A stretch of 64,000 nucleotides of DNA. It comes from Reclinomonas americana ATCC 50394. Taxonomy: Eukaryota. Shown here piece by piece: positions 20,582-29,850 of this stretch. The stretch spans positions 620,001 through 684,000 of the forward strand of contig PS015010.1 in assembly GCA_048213135.1 (NCBI GenBank), in the 5' to 3' direction. The notes beneath the pieces are model-generated. The model was not told the origin of the DNA and did no database searches. It was given only the letters and a program-made list of their open reading frames with translations. Both the position numbers and the translations under genes were made by a program. Positions within the stretch are counted from its first letter, which is position 1. Every line of letters begins with the position of its first letter.

Positions 20582-21433
20582 TCATGTAGTTTTTTCAGTT
20601 ATGGTCAAATAATTATAGATGGAGGTAATGCTCAGTATGAAAAGACCGGCGATAAGTGAAAAAGCCACATTTAAATAGTGATGCGCCGATAAGGAAAGCC
20701 TGAGTAATACGGTAGCGAACGCGAAGCCTGAATACCGGAAAAGGTTATAGTACCGGGTGTTATACCTTAATGAGAACAGGAGGATGAACATGTCGGTATA
20801 GATAAGTATTGTAAAAAATGTATGAAAAGAACTGATGTAGGTAAGCTGCAGGAAACTGCTGACCAGGTCTTTCACGCCCAGCAGCACGAAAAGAATAAAG
20901 AGCACCAATGCCAGTATCTTTTTTACCAGGAGGAAATTTTCCTGTTCTTCTTTTGTTGACGTGATCTTGTGATGTTTTTGCGCCTTGTAGTAGAGGCCGG
21001 TAATGAAAAACAGCACCACGGCGCCGAATGCATCCGTCAGCACAGGTAAAAAAGTATATACGGCATCTGCTGTCCAGTCGATGTGGTAGTTGATCTTCCC
21101 GAATTCTTTAAAGGCATCCCGTAACAGCATCAGTGATATGATTTCAAATTGCCTGCCTACACTGTCTGCAACGCTTTGCGAAAAAACAAAGAGGAGCCCG
21201 ATGAGTTCGAATATCAGCAACAGGTTAAACGCCAGTTCAATACCGAAATAGGTAGTGGCTTCATGAAAAGAGATCCAATGCCAGTTTTGCAGCAGTACAA
21301 TCCCGATCCCGGCCAGCATGGTAAGCAATACGATGCTGCTTATCCAGCGGTAAGCCCTGAGCGATTCCCAGGTATTATGCAGGGCGTCAAATACGCGGGC
21401 AAGCTTTTGGGCGATATGTAAAGCGGCAGTCAT
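20582..21433 (-). CDS. Uncharacterised polytopic membrane protein between hypC and hypD
   Basis: About 7-8 hydrophobic segments; 1-4 bp spacing to its neighbours. Confidence 0.75.
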   Translation of the reverse strand: MTAALHIAQKLARVFDALHNTWESLRAYRWISSIVLLTMLAGIGIVLLQNWHWISFHEATTYFGIELAFNLLLIFELIGLLFVFSQSVADSVGRQFEIISLMLLRDAFKEFGKINYHIDWTADAVYTFLPVLTDAFGAVVLFFITGLYYKAQKHHKITSTKEEQENFLLVKKILALVLFILFVLLGVKDLVSSFLQLTYISSFHTFFTILIYTDMFILLFSLRYNTRYYNLFRYSGFAFATVLLRLSLSAHHYLNVAFSLIAGLFILSITSIYNYLTITEKTT

Positions 21434-21437
21434 TATA

Positions 21438-21704
21438 TTATTTGTCTACCTGTGTATGATCAATGAGTTCATCTATTTCGCCTATTTCTTTCAGGTATTC
21501 GAACGATTTGGTTGCTTCAGCCTCGTCTATCCGGCTGATCGCGACGCCTACGTGTACCAGCACATAATCGTTGATCTGTGCGTCAGGCAGCATTTCCAGC
21601 GATGCTTCCTTTATAATGCCGCCAAAGGAGACTTTCGCTATTCTTACCTTTCCATCATAAATGGTTTCAATGCTTTGGATTTTACCGGGAATTGCAAGAC
21701 ACAT
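21438..21704 (-). CDS. hypC: Hydrogenase chaperone HypC
   Basis: MCLAIPG start, DYVLVHVGVAI. Confidence 0.95.
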   Translation of the reverse strand: MCLAIPGKIQSIETIYDGKVRIAKVSFGGIIKEASLEMLPDAQINDYVLVHVGVAISRIDEAEATKSFEYLKEIGEIDELIDHTQVDK

Positions 21705-21705
21705 A

Positions 21706-24093
21706 TTATTGGTTATTGATTGTGAATGATGAATTATTATTGTCGATTCCGTTATCGCAGTATACCAATTGCCCGAAGGCGATATTTTCATCATTGGGTG
21801 ATAACCGCTGATGAAAGAACAGCCGGAATTTTTGCTGCAGGTGAATTTTTACCAGGTCAACCAGCACCGTATTCTGAAATACCCCGCCACTGAACGCGAT
21901 CTTGTTGATCGATTCCCTTTCGGCAATGGCGGCAATGCAGCTTACAATACTGCGGTGAAATTTAGCGGCGATGAAGGAGCGGTCTTTTCCCTTGTTGATG
22001 TCGGAGATCACACCGTTCACTAAAGCCAGGGTAGGCAAAGGTTTCAACAGGGAATGGCCCGCCAGGTAGGTTTCTTCGAATTGCCAGTTCACCCTTTCCA
22101 GGTAGCTAAGTGCAAGGTCTTCCAGTTTTATAGCTGCCTCCGCTTCATAACTTTGTTTATCGGTAATATCCAGCAGGCTCGCTACCGCGTCAAAGATCCT
22201 GCCCAGGGAAGAAGACTGCATGCCGGTATGTTTCTTCAGCATTTGGTTATACAACTGCCATTCGGTACCGGTAAATTTTTGCCGCAAGATATCGCCAGCC
22301 CCCGGAGAATCGTGGGCAATGGCCAGCGCGCTCAGCCGGGGTTCTCTTGCCATCTTATCACCGAAAAGCACCGGGAAGTAAGCGAAGTGTGAACAGCGCT
22401 CAATCATTTTATCCTGGTACCTGAAAAATTCACCTCCCCAGGTATTCCCGTCATCGCCCAGGCCTGTGCCATCCGCGATGAAGCAAAGCACAGGGGCTGT
22501 TTCGCCCACCAGGTCATTTTCTGCCAATACTGCGGCCAGGTGGGCTTTGTGGTGCTGCACCACTTGCTGTGGTATTTCACTTTGTTCGCAACAGGCTTTT
22601 CCAAACTGGCTTGTGAAATAGCCGGGATGTTTATCGCTGACAATACTTTTTACATCATGCGCCTGTAATGTGCCGGTAAGCTGTTGCCATGTATGCTGGT
22701 AATATTGTTGTGATTCAAGACCTATGGTGTTGCCCAGGTACTGGCTTATATAATATTGCCGGTGATGCTGTATCGCAATACTGCTTTTCAGCAGCGCTCC
22801 TGTTGCCATAATCGTTTGAGAGGAGACGGGATGGATATTTGTTAATGAAGGTGATAAACCTCTTGCCCTGCGTATGACAACAGCCTGCTGCAGCCTGCTT
22901 ATCCTGATCACGCTGTCATCCTGCGGTACCACGATCTTCCTGTTATGGCTTATGATGATATCCGCGACTGATGATAAGTGCGAGACCGCTTCTTCATCAT
23001 CAAAAATAATGGGCGAACCGCTTATGTTGCCGCTCGTACAGATCAATGGCTTCCCGAATTGTGTGCTGACCAGGTGAAGCAGTGGCGAATTGGGTAACAT
23101 CACGCCAACAGTTTGCAGGCCCGGGGCAATCGCATCAAAGGCGATTTGACCGGCAGCTGTTTTTTGGGCTTTCAGCAGCAGGATAGCGGCAGCATCATTC
23201 TGGAGGTATTCCTGCTCCGGTGTACTGCATATCCCAAGTGAATGAACGGCTTCCATATTGCCGCACAAAATGGCAAAGGGTTTGGCGGGCCGGTGTTTCC
23301 GGTCACGTAAATTTTGTATGGCTACGGCATTCGCGGCATCGCAAAGTAAAACATAACCGCCAACGCCTTTTAAGGCGACAATTTTACCTGATCTTAGATT
23401 TTCGTCAATGATGGCTGACACAGTTTTGTTGCCGGTAACCGCAGACCGGCTCCTGCTGTCTGTTGCCGTTAACTGAACGCCGCAATGCGTACAACTGTTG
23501 GTTTGGGAAAAATATCTCCTGTCTTGCAGGTTATGGTATTCTTCTGAACAGGCGGCGCACATATCAAATTCATGCATGGTGGTATTGCTCCTGTCGTAAG
23601 GTAATTGCTGCAGGATGGAATACCGGGGACCGCATTGCGTGCAGGTGATAAAAGGGTAAAGGTACCTGCGGTTATTTTTATCGTACATCTCCTGAAGACA
23701 TTGAGGACAGGGCGCATAGTCAGGCGTCAGGGGAATGCTCACCGCATCTGCTGAAGAGCTCTCCGTAATGGTAAAGTCAGTAAAAGTCCTGCCTGTTGTT
23801 TCATACATTGATGACGAGGCTATGATCGCTTTGGCAGGAGCCTTATTGAGCAATGCGGTGTAATAGGAGCGGGCTTTTTTTTCGGTAGTACAGATGTTGA
23901 TATGCAGCCCGTCGTTACCATTACTGACAACGCCGTTTATATGATATTGCTTCGCCAGCGTATATGCCAATGGCCTGAAACCTACGCCCTGTACTATACC
24001 GGTAAGATGTATGTGATAAGTATGGATAGGCTGATCATCCCGCACGGTATCTGCCAGCGTAAGCAACGGTTCGCTATGGTGCTGCGTATTCAA
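21706..24093 (-). CDS. hypF: Carbamoyltransferase HypF
   Basis: GIVQGVGFRP, two CxxC-x18-CxxC zinc fingers, QHHKAH, DGTGLG, SGGVFQN. Confidence 0.95.
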   Translation of the reverse strand: MNTQHHSEPLLTLADTVRDDQPIHTYHIHLTGIVQGVGFRPLAYTLAKQYHINGVVSNGNDGLHINICTTEKKARSYYTALLNKAPAKAIIASSSMYETTGRTFTDFTITESSSADAVSIPLTPDYAPCPQCLQEMYDKNNRRYLYPFITCTQCGPRYSILQQLPYDRSNTTMHEFDMCAACSEEYHNLQDRRYFSQTNSCTHCGVQLTATDSRSRSAVTGNKTVSAIIDENLRSGKIVALKGVGGYVLLCDAANAVAIQNLRDRKHRPAKPFAILCGNMEAVHSLGICSTPEQEYLQNDAAAILLLKAQKTAAGQIAFDAIAPGLQTVGVMLPNSPLLHLVSTQFGKPLICTSGNISGSPIIFDDEEAVSHLSSVADIIISHNRKIVVPQDDSVIRISRLQQAVVIRRARGLSPSLTNIHPVSSQTIMATGALLKSSIAIQHHRQYYISQYLGNTIGLESQQYYQHTWQQLTGTLQAHDVKSIVSDKHPGYFTSQFGKACCEQSEIPQQVVQHHKAHLAAVLAENDLVGETAPVLCFIADGTGLGDDGNTWGGEFFRYQDKMIERCSHFAYFPVLFGDKMAREPRLSALAIAHDSPGAGDILRQKFTGTEWQLYNQMLKKHTGMQSSSLGRIFDAVASLLDITDKQSYEAEAAIKLEDLALSYLERVNWQFEETYLAGHSLLKPLPTLALVNGVISDINKGKDRSFIAAKFHRSIVSCIAAIAERESINKIAFSGGVFQNTVLVDLVKIHLQQKFRLFFHQRLSPNDENIAFGQLVYCDNGIDNNNSSFTINNQ

Positions 24094-24848
24094 TTGGTGA
24101 TGGCTGTTGTATTGTTTTTCTTTTCAGCTGATTTCTGTTTAAGCCAGTCACACCATTCGTCAATGCCATGGCCGGAGAGGCTGCTGATGGCGATTACTTC
24201 CAGGCCGGGGTTAATATCCCGTGCATCCTGCGTTACAGCATCTACGCTGAATGGCACATAGGGCAGGAGGTCCGATTTGCTCACCAGCATCAGCTCGCTG
24301 GTTAAGAACATACGGGGATATTTTTTGGGCTTATCATCACCTTCCGTACTGGCAATTAAGGTAACGCGGTAGTCTTCTCCCAGGTCAAACGCGGCAGGGC
24401 AGACCAGGTTGCCAACATTCTCGATAAATAAAATATCAAGCCCGTCATAATTAAAATGGTCCAGTGCCTGCAATACCATCTGCGCTTCAATATGGCACAT
24501 GCCACCGGTAACAATTTGCAGGCAGTCTATACCCGCTTCCCTGATGCGTATGGCATCCCTTTCTGTTTCGGGATCACCAACCAGCACACCCATTCTCAGT
24601 TGTCCGTTCAAACGTTTCCCGGTTTCCTGCATCAGTGTTGTTTTGCCGCTGCCGGGAGAGGAGCAGATATTCAGCACCAGGATATTGTGGGGGGCGAGTT
24701 TATCCCGGATGGCTTTGGCCACATAATCGTTTGCCTTTAATAAATTAAGCGTTGTGTTTTCGCATTGCACACTTCCTGCCGGGGCCCTGTTGCTTTTTGG
24801 TTGGGACATACTATTTCTGGTTATAAATGATGAATCAGTCGTTTTCAA
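24090..24848 (-). CDS. hypB: Nickel-insertion GTPase HypB
   Basis: SSPGSGKTT, GGMCH, ENVGNLVCP, EGDDKP. Confidence 0.95.
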   Translation of the reverse strand: MKTTDSSFITRNSMSQPKSNRAPAGSVQCENTTLNLLKANDYVAKAIRDKLAPHNILVLNICSSPGSGKTTLMQETGKRLNGQLRMGVLVGDPETERDAIRIREAGIDCLQIVTGGMCHIEAQMVLQALDHFNYDGLDILFIENVGNLVCPAAFDLGEDYRVTLIASTEGDDKPKKYPRMFLTSELMLVSKSDLLPYVPFSVDAVTQDARDINPGLEVIAISSLSGHGIDEWCDWLKQKSAEKKNNTTAITN

Positions 24849-25182
24849 ATTCCACTTTTGTGATCAGCAATTCTTCACCCTGTATTACATTGCTGCAGGG
24901 GCTGCCACACCGGGAACAAATAAATTTATATTGCTGCACTTCACTTGTTGTATGGCATTGGGCGCATAATACCTTTATGGGCAACACCTCCACATTCAAT
25001 ATGGCTTTGGCATACCCGGGTTCGTCCTGCAATACGGCATCAAAGGCATTTTGCATAAGAATGGGCTGTACATTACTGAGCAATCCCACTGTCAGGTAAA
25101 TATTCCTTACATCACCGAGGCGGCCGGGGAATTCGGCTTCCAGGGTGCTGAAGATGTTTCGTACCAGTGATATCTCGTGCAT
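24835..25182 (-). CDS. hypA: Nickel metallochaperone HypA
   Basis: MHE N-terminus, CAQC...CSRC, QGEEL. Confidence 0.93.
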   Translation of the reverse strand: MHEISLVRNIFSTLEAEFPGRLGDVRNIYLTVGLLSNVQPILMQNAFDAVLQDEPGYAKAILNVEVLPIKVLCAQCHTTSEVQQYKFICSRCGSPCSNVIQGEELLITKVEFEND

Positions 25183-25184
25183 AA

Positions 25185-26663
25185 CTATTCCGTGATGATG
25201 GTTTGTCGTTTTAACTGGTGCAGTTTTTCAATATCTTCTCTCGTGTGCTGAAGGATGTCCGCGTCGGTGGTCAGTGATAGAATTTCACCGGCTGTTGCTA
25301 CCATATCATTATACCGCTCTTCATCAAATTCATCCTTATTCCCGGCAAACCAGCTTGCTTCGAGGTAATTGCAAAGTGTCAATACTCTTTCTATAGGATA
25401 ATCGGCAGCGGTGCGTATATCCAGGGCTTCCCTGTACCAGGCTAAGGCCTTATCGTAGTTATCACTGTGCAGGGCTTGCGGGTATTGGGTATACGCATTG
25501 CCCATACTATGGCAGATCATGGCAAACTCATACGGGTAGTCGACTTTGTTATAAAAATTCAACGCTTCGTTAAAAGAAGAAACGGAAACCGCGGCCCACA
25601 CGCTTTTCTTTTTGATATCATCCGGTATCTGGGCATATACAATGCCCAACTGGTGCTGTATGTCAGCGAACACATCGGGGACCGTATCCCTGGTGAAAAC
25701 GGCCAGTGCATGCTGGTAGCTTTGCATGGCCTGCCTGTAAAATTGCGGGTTGCCGTTTTTAGCCCAGGTCTGCAATAAATTCGCTTTGCCCAGGTGCGCC
25801 TGTGCCGCCAGTTCCGGCAGGTCTGCTTCTTCAAATATCTTAATGGCCCTGTTGCTATAGCCCAGCGCCTCACTGAAACTATCGCTGATGGTCGCTATAT
25901 AAGCAGCGTCGTTGAGCAGTAATGCCGCTTCTGTAAAACGGTTACGGGCTTCATACCAGGAAAGGCATTCCCACAACATTGATTTCAGTTTTTCAACCAG
26001 GGTTTTGTCGTACGGAACGGTTATTTTCTTCATCCATACAGCGCATAACGTGGTCTTTAACGCGATACCTGCTTCTTCGGGCAGGCCTGCAAATAAATTT
26101 TGCAGGATAATGTTTTCGGCTGCATCGTACCGTCCGCAATCCAGGTTAAATAATGCATAATGGTTGGCCGTAAATGCTTTGTACAGGTCGCCCGGGGCAT
26201 GGGCCAATGCGGTGTCATACAGGTCATTGACATTTTGGGCATATGTTGTTTGCTGCTGGTGCCCGTAATGCCAGGCTACCGCTTTGTTGTGTATATTGAT
26301 ATAGCCTGTTTCCGCAAGTTCAAGATCATCTATAGCAACACCATGCTGTAAGCGGTTGAGCAGATCAGCCGGCTTCCATAGGCGGGTATTTTTTTGCAAA
26401 AGAGGGTAGGCCGCCTCATAATTGCTCAGCCGGGCATAGATCACTCCCAATGTAATGTCCTTGCTGAATGGGAATATAGGGAATAAGACCGGCGGCTGGC
26501 GATTCTTCCAGTCCGGAAGCACCAGTACCTCATCGGATACCAGCATATCGGCGTCCGGCATTGTCTCGTCAACTAAGATGGCCACTTCATTCAGCCTGGG
26601 CTGAAGGCTGATGAGTTCCTGCAGCTCTCGCTGATGTTCAGTTGTAACAGAAATTAAAATCAT
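25185..26663 (-). CDS. Tetratricopeptide-repeat protein (hydrogenase-associated)
   Basis: Helical TPR-like repeats (AQAHLGKA, ADIQHQLG, AMICHSMGNAY, ALAWYREAL). Confidence 0.8.
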   Translation of the reverse strand: MILISVTTEHQRELQELISLQPRLNEVAILVDETMPDADMLVSDEVLVLPDWKNRQPPVLFPIFPFSKDITLGVIYARLSNYEAAYPLLQKNTRLWKPADLLNRLQHGVAIDDLELAETGYINIHNKAVAWHYGHQQQTTYAQNVNDLYDTALAHAPGDLYKAFTANHYALFNLDCGRYDAAENIILQNLFAGLPEEAGIALKTTLCAVWMKKITVPYDKTLVEKLKSMLWECLSWYEARNRFTEAALLLNDAAYIATISDSFSEALGYSNRAIKIFEEADLPELAAQAHLGKANLLQTWAKNGNPQFYRQAMQSYQHALAVFTRDTVPDVFADIQHQLGIVYAQIPDDIKKKSVWAAVSVSSFNEALNFYNKVDYPYEFAMICHSMGNAYTQYPQALHSDNYDKALAWYREALDIRTAADYPIERVLTLCNYLEASWFAGNKDEFDEERYNDMVATAGEILSLTTDADILQHTREDIEKLHQLKRQTIITE

Positions 26664-26945
26664 GGTCTTGTATCGTTAGTGATCCACGGGAATCTTTTTG
26701 TGTTGTCCTGGTAAAAAGAAGGCGAATGTGTCGGCCTTTGATTTTGTCGGGTAGCTATCCGGCATCAAACGGCAGATGAATTGCATCGGCTGTCTTATCC
26801 AGGCGAATACCAGTAATATCCGCCACCTTTCTTTTTGCGTAAATACATTGGCTATAACGGCCGTATCCCTGAGCCATTTATCATTTTGCAGGAAATGCAG
26901 ATCGCTGCTGTTGCCCGAAAAGTCGGTAAAGACGATGTTCAGCAT
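26638..26945 (-). CDS. Unknown small protein X2, paralogue of 28575-28934; apparent -1 frameshift near the 3' end
   Basis: DKWLRDTAVIANV...WRILLVFA...PMQFI aligns with X1; adding one base to the A5 run at 26713-26717 gives TRTTQKDSRGSLTIQDHDFNFCYN*, matching X1 RRLAAKDQRGTLQV. Confidence 0.7.
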
Positions 26946-26946
26946 A

Positions 26947-27744
26947 TCACTTCAATGTTACGGTTAGTATTTTCATTCGTTCATCCGCGATAAAAGGCAG
27001 GTACCTGTCACCGTTATCCAGTTCGTTATCCAGTATCAGTTCCTGTATGGATATGCTCCTGTCGCCATCACCATTCTTGTATTTCAGCATACTCATATTG
27101 GTTTTATGCAAACTTTTGAACAGGTCGTCATATTGTGAAACGATCAGCATACTGCCTTTCTGCGGGTAATAAACCCAGTTGACCTGGGCCGCGTTCTCAA
27201 ACAAACAGCCGGCGATGTGCACAGGTACGATCAAGTGCCCGTTTATGACGGCCATACCGGTTTTTTGCTGTTCGGCCGGGATCTCTTTCATGATCAGCCC
27301 GGCTACTTTATCTCCCGCGGTCCTGACTTCTTCGCTCAGCCGGATCTCCAGCCGGGTATCATCCACCGCTACCAGGTATACGGTAATGTCTTCGGGATAA
27401 TCGCTGCCCATGATCTTTTTAGCGTAACTCAGGGCCTGGTCCCATTTCAGGCTGTGCAGGAAAACCATAGGATCATCCTGCGGTGCCGACATCACTTCGC
27501 TGGCGGGTACTTTGTATAAGGTACCGGGTTTTTCACCGGTATTAAGCACCGCATCTACCAGTATTATTTTTTGATGCCCCTTTAGCTGGAAAAGCAGTTC
27601 AAAGGCCCCGGTGCCCATGTCGATAACCGTAATATGCTCATTGTTGTGCAGTTGTTTCTTTAATTCATCGATTACGTAAATGCCTACGGCATCGTCGCTG
27701 CGGCAGGGGTTGCCAAAACCCATTATGGCTGTCTTTACTGTCAT
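26947..27744 (-). CDS. Hydrogenase maturation endopeptidase (HyaD/HupW type) with ~100 aa C-terminal extension
   Basis: GFGNPCRSDDAVG, DMGT, LVDAV, HSLKWD; extra domain with LKYKNGDGDRSI. Confidence 0.88.
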   Translation of the reverse strand: MTVKTAIMGFGNPCRSDDAVGIYVIDELKKQLHNNEHITVIDMGTGAFELLFQLKGHQKIILVDAVLNTGEKPGTLYKVPASEVMSAPQDDPMVFLHSLKWDQALSYAKKIMGSDYPEDITVYLVAVDDTRLEIRLSEEVRTAGDKVAGLIMKEIPAEQQKTGMAVINGHLIVPVHIAGCLFENAAQVNWVYYPQKGSMLIVSQYDDLFKSLHKTNMSMLKYKNGDGDRSISIQELILDNELDNGDRYLPFIADERMKILTVTLK

Positions 27745-27791
27745 GTGATTGTCAATGTTAGGAAATTGGAATTAGAAAGCCTTCCATATAT

Positions 27792-27809
27792 TTAGAAAAT
27801 ATTTTCTAA
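27792..27809. promoter_or_regulatory. Perfect 18-bp palindrome, putative TetR operator
   Basis: TTAGAAAAT-ATTTTCTAA in the 96-bp gap between the divergent protease and TetR1 genes. Confidence 0.75.
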
Positions 27810-27840
27810 CTTCAGAATCTGCCAGCCAATTAAATACGGT

Positions 27841-28458
27841 ATGAAACCCACGAAACAGCATATATTGGATAAAGCGCTTAGATTATTTAACCAGAACGGT
27901 TTTGTAAACGTACGCCTCCAGCATATAGCTGACGCTGCCTTCGTAAGCGTTGGTCACCTGGCCTATCATTTTAAGAATAAGGAGGCGATTATCGATGCAC
28001 TGTACAACAGCCTGCAGAAGGAGTTACAGCAAATATTGAACAGGTATATATCAGCTCCTTTGTTTGCGGATATCAACGGTCTTTGGATGGCCCATTATGA
28101 CCTGCAGGAGAAATTCAGTTTTTTTTACCTGGATACACTTGAGATTGTCCGCAACCACGCTGCCATAGGGAAGAAATATGAGCAGCAGGTCTCATGGCAG
28201 GCATCGCAATATCAAATGATATTGCAGTTCAGTATTGCCCGGGGATCGGTGATTCCCCTTACCGGTTCGCAGATGCAGCATATAACCTGGCTTATTCATA
28301 ATACCATCGTTACTTATAAATATCAATGCAGCATCCAGGGTACATCCTGCCATATGCAACACTACTCCGACCTGCTTTGGGGAATAATTACGCCTTATTT
28401 TACAGATATGGGGCGGGATGAGTATAACCATCTGGAGCTGCTTCCTGAAAAGGGGTAA
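27841..28458 (+). CDS. TetR/AcrR-family regulator (TetR1)
   Basis: ILDKALRLFNQNGFVNVRLQHIADAAFVSVGHLAYHFKNKE. Confidence 0.92.
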   Translation: MKPTKQHILDKALRLFNQNGFVNVRLQHIADAAFVSVGHLAYHFKNKEAIIDALYNSLQKELQQILNRYISAPLFADINGLWMAHYDLQEKFSFFYLDTLEIVRNHAAIGKKYEQQVSWQASQYQMILQFSIARGSVIPLTGSQMQHITWLIHNTIVTYKYQCSIQGTSCHMQHYSDLLWGIITPYFTDMGRDEYNHLELLPEKG

Positions 28459-28574
28459 GAGCAGGTTGCGTGTGCCTGGCCGGGTTTAAAGTACAGGTTC
28501 TGACTGCCGTATTGCGGGAGGAAAGGAATGATATCTTTATTGAATTAAATATTATTTTTAGGAAAAATTACCTG

Positions 28575-28934
28575 ATGTCTTTGAGTTGCAAAATAGATGA
28601 TGTACTGTATGGACAGATGCTTGACTATATGCAAACCTTAATGCAGGCCGATGTGCAGGGCGATGTAACCGATATCAGTTTTTACGATGATGATTTCTGG
28701 CTGCAGGATACCGTGGTGATCGAGAATGTGGAATACAGAAACGGTGAGTGGAATATCTTTTTGGTATTTGCCCATCATTTATTGCCTTTGAAATTCATTA
28801 AAAGAAAGATTAAAAACTTTGCCTGCCCTAAAAAGGCGGCGTTAACGGCTCATTATATGCGCAGGCTGGCCGCAAAGGACCAGCGCGGCACTTTGCAGGT
28901 CAACATGGGATTATTAACCATCAACTTCAGCTGA
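28575..28934 (+). CDS. Unknown small protein X1 (hydrogenase-locus family)
   Basis: ATG at 28575; 1-bp gap to TetR2; paralogous to 26638-26945. Confidence 0.75.
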   Translation: MSLSCKIDDVLYGQMLDYMQTLMQADVQGDVTDISFYDDDFWLQDTVVIENVEYRNGEWNIFLVFAHHLLPLKFIKRKIKNFACPKKAALTAHYMRRLAAKDQRGTLQVNMGLLTINFS

Positions 28935-28935
28935 A

Positions 28936-29547
28936 ATGCAGAGTACGAAACTTAAGATAGTGCAGGTGAGCGAGCAGCTTTTTTTTGAGCTGGGCATCGC
29001 CAACGTACGGCTTCAGCAAATTGCGGATGCCGCGGATATCAGCGTGGGTAACCTGGCCTATCACTATAATAATAAGGAGGCGATTGTTTTTGCCGTGTAT
29101 GAAAATCTGTTTACACAGCTTTCCAATATCTTATCACAGTTCATTGTACACCAGGAACTGGATGGTTTCGACAAACAGTTTAGCGCCCTCTACCATTTTT
29201 ACAATGAAAATAACTTTACCTACAATAACCAGTGGGAGATCGGGAGAAACTATCCTGAGATACAGAACGAATGGTTAAGTACTATGAACAAAATAATGCT
29301 GCAATTCAAAAAGCGGCTGGAGTTCAATGTAAAAAGCGGTTACCTGAAACCGGAGCTTTACAAAGGCGCACATGATATACTGGCGCAAAACCTTTCTTTG
29401 TTATCGCATTCTATCCTGCCCCAGCTGCTGCTGCGGAAAAAAGTGGTGAAGGAAAGTGAATATAAAAAACTGCTGTGGTCATTGCTGATCCCCGTTTTTA
29501 CTGAAAAAGGGAAAACTTTTTTCGACAGCCAGGTCTCGCAGTATTAG
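28936..29547 (+). CDS. TetR/AcrR-family regulator (TetR2)
   Basis: LFFELGIANVRLQQIADAADISVGNLAYHYNNKEAI. Confidence 0.92.
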   Translation: MQSTKLKIVQVSEQLFFELGIANVRLQQIADAADISVGNLAYHYNNKEAIVFAVYENLFTQLSNILSQFIVHQELDGFDKQFSALYHFYNENNFTYNNQWEIGRNYPEIQNEWLSTMNKIMLQFKKRLEFNVKSGYLKPELYKGAHDILAQNLSLLSHSILPQLLLRKKVVKESEYKKLLWSLLIPVFTEKGKTFFDSQVSQY

Positions 29548-29771
29548 ATGTTGGATTCTATGCTGTCCTTCTCCGTGGGCGCTGCCGGACAGCAGTATCT
29601 CCCCTGGAATATGCCGTCATGCTGACTGTGTTCAGAAATTAGTATGAGATTACTTACCCCAAAAAACGGGGTACCTCCTCTATGAATAATTGTTTATTTA
29701 TGCAAGGACCAGTATTTTTTTTGGCCGGAAGTGCTTGCTTTCCTGCCATGGGGCGGGCAATGGAAACTATT

Positions 29772-29808
29772 TTAGAAAATATTTTCTATTTTAGAAATAA
29801 TTTTCTAA
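29772..29808. promoter_or_regulatory. Two tandem copies of the putative TetR operator upstream of the small subunit gene
   Basis: TTAGAAAATATTTTCTAT (29772-29789) and TTAGAAATAATTTTCTAA (29791-29808). Confidence 0.75.
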
Positions 29809-29850
29809 TTTGGTCTGGTATTTTTTATTCAAACAAAAAAACGATTGCTT

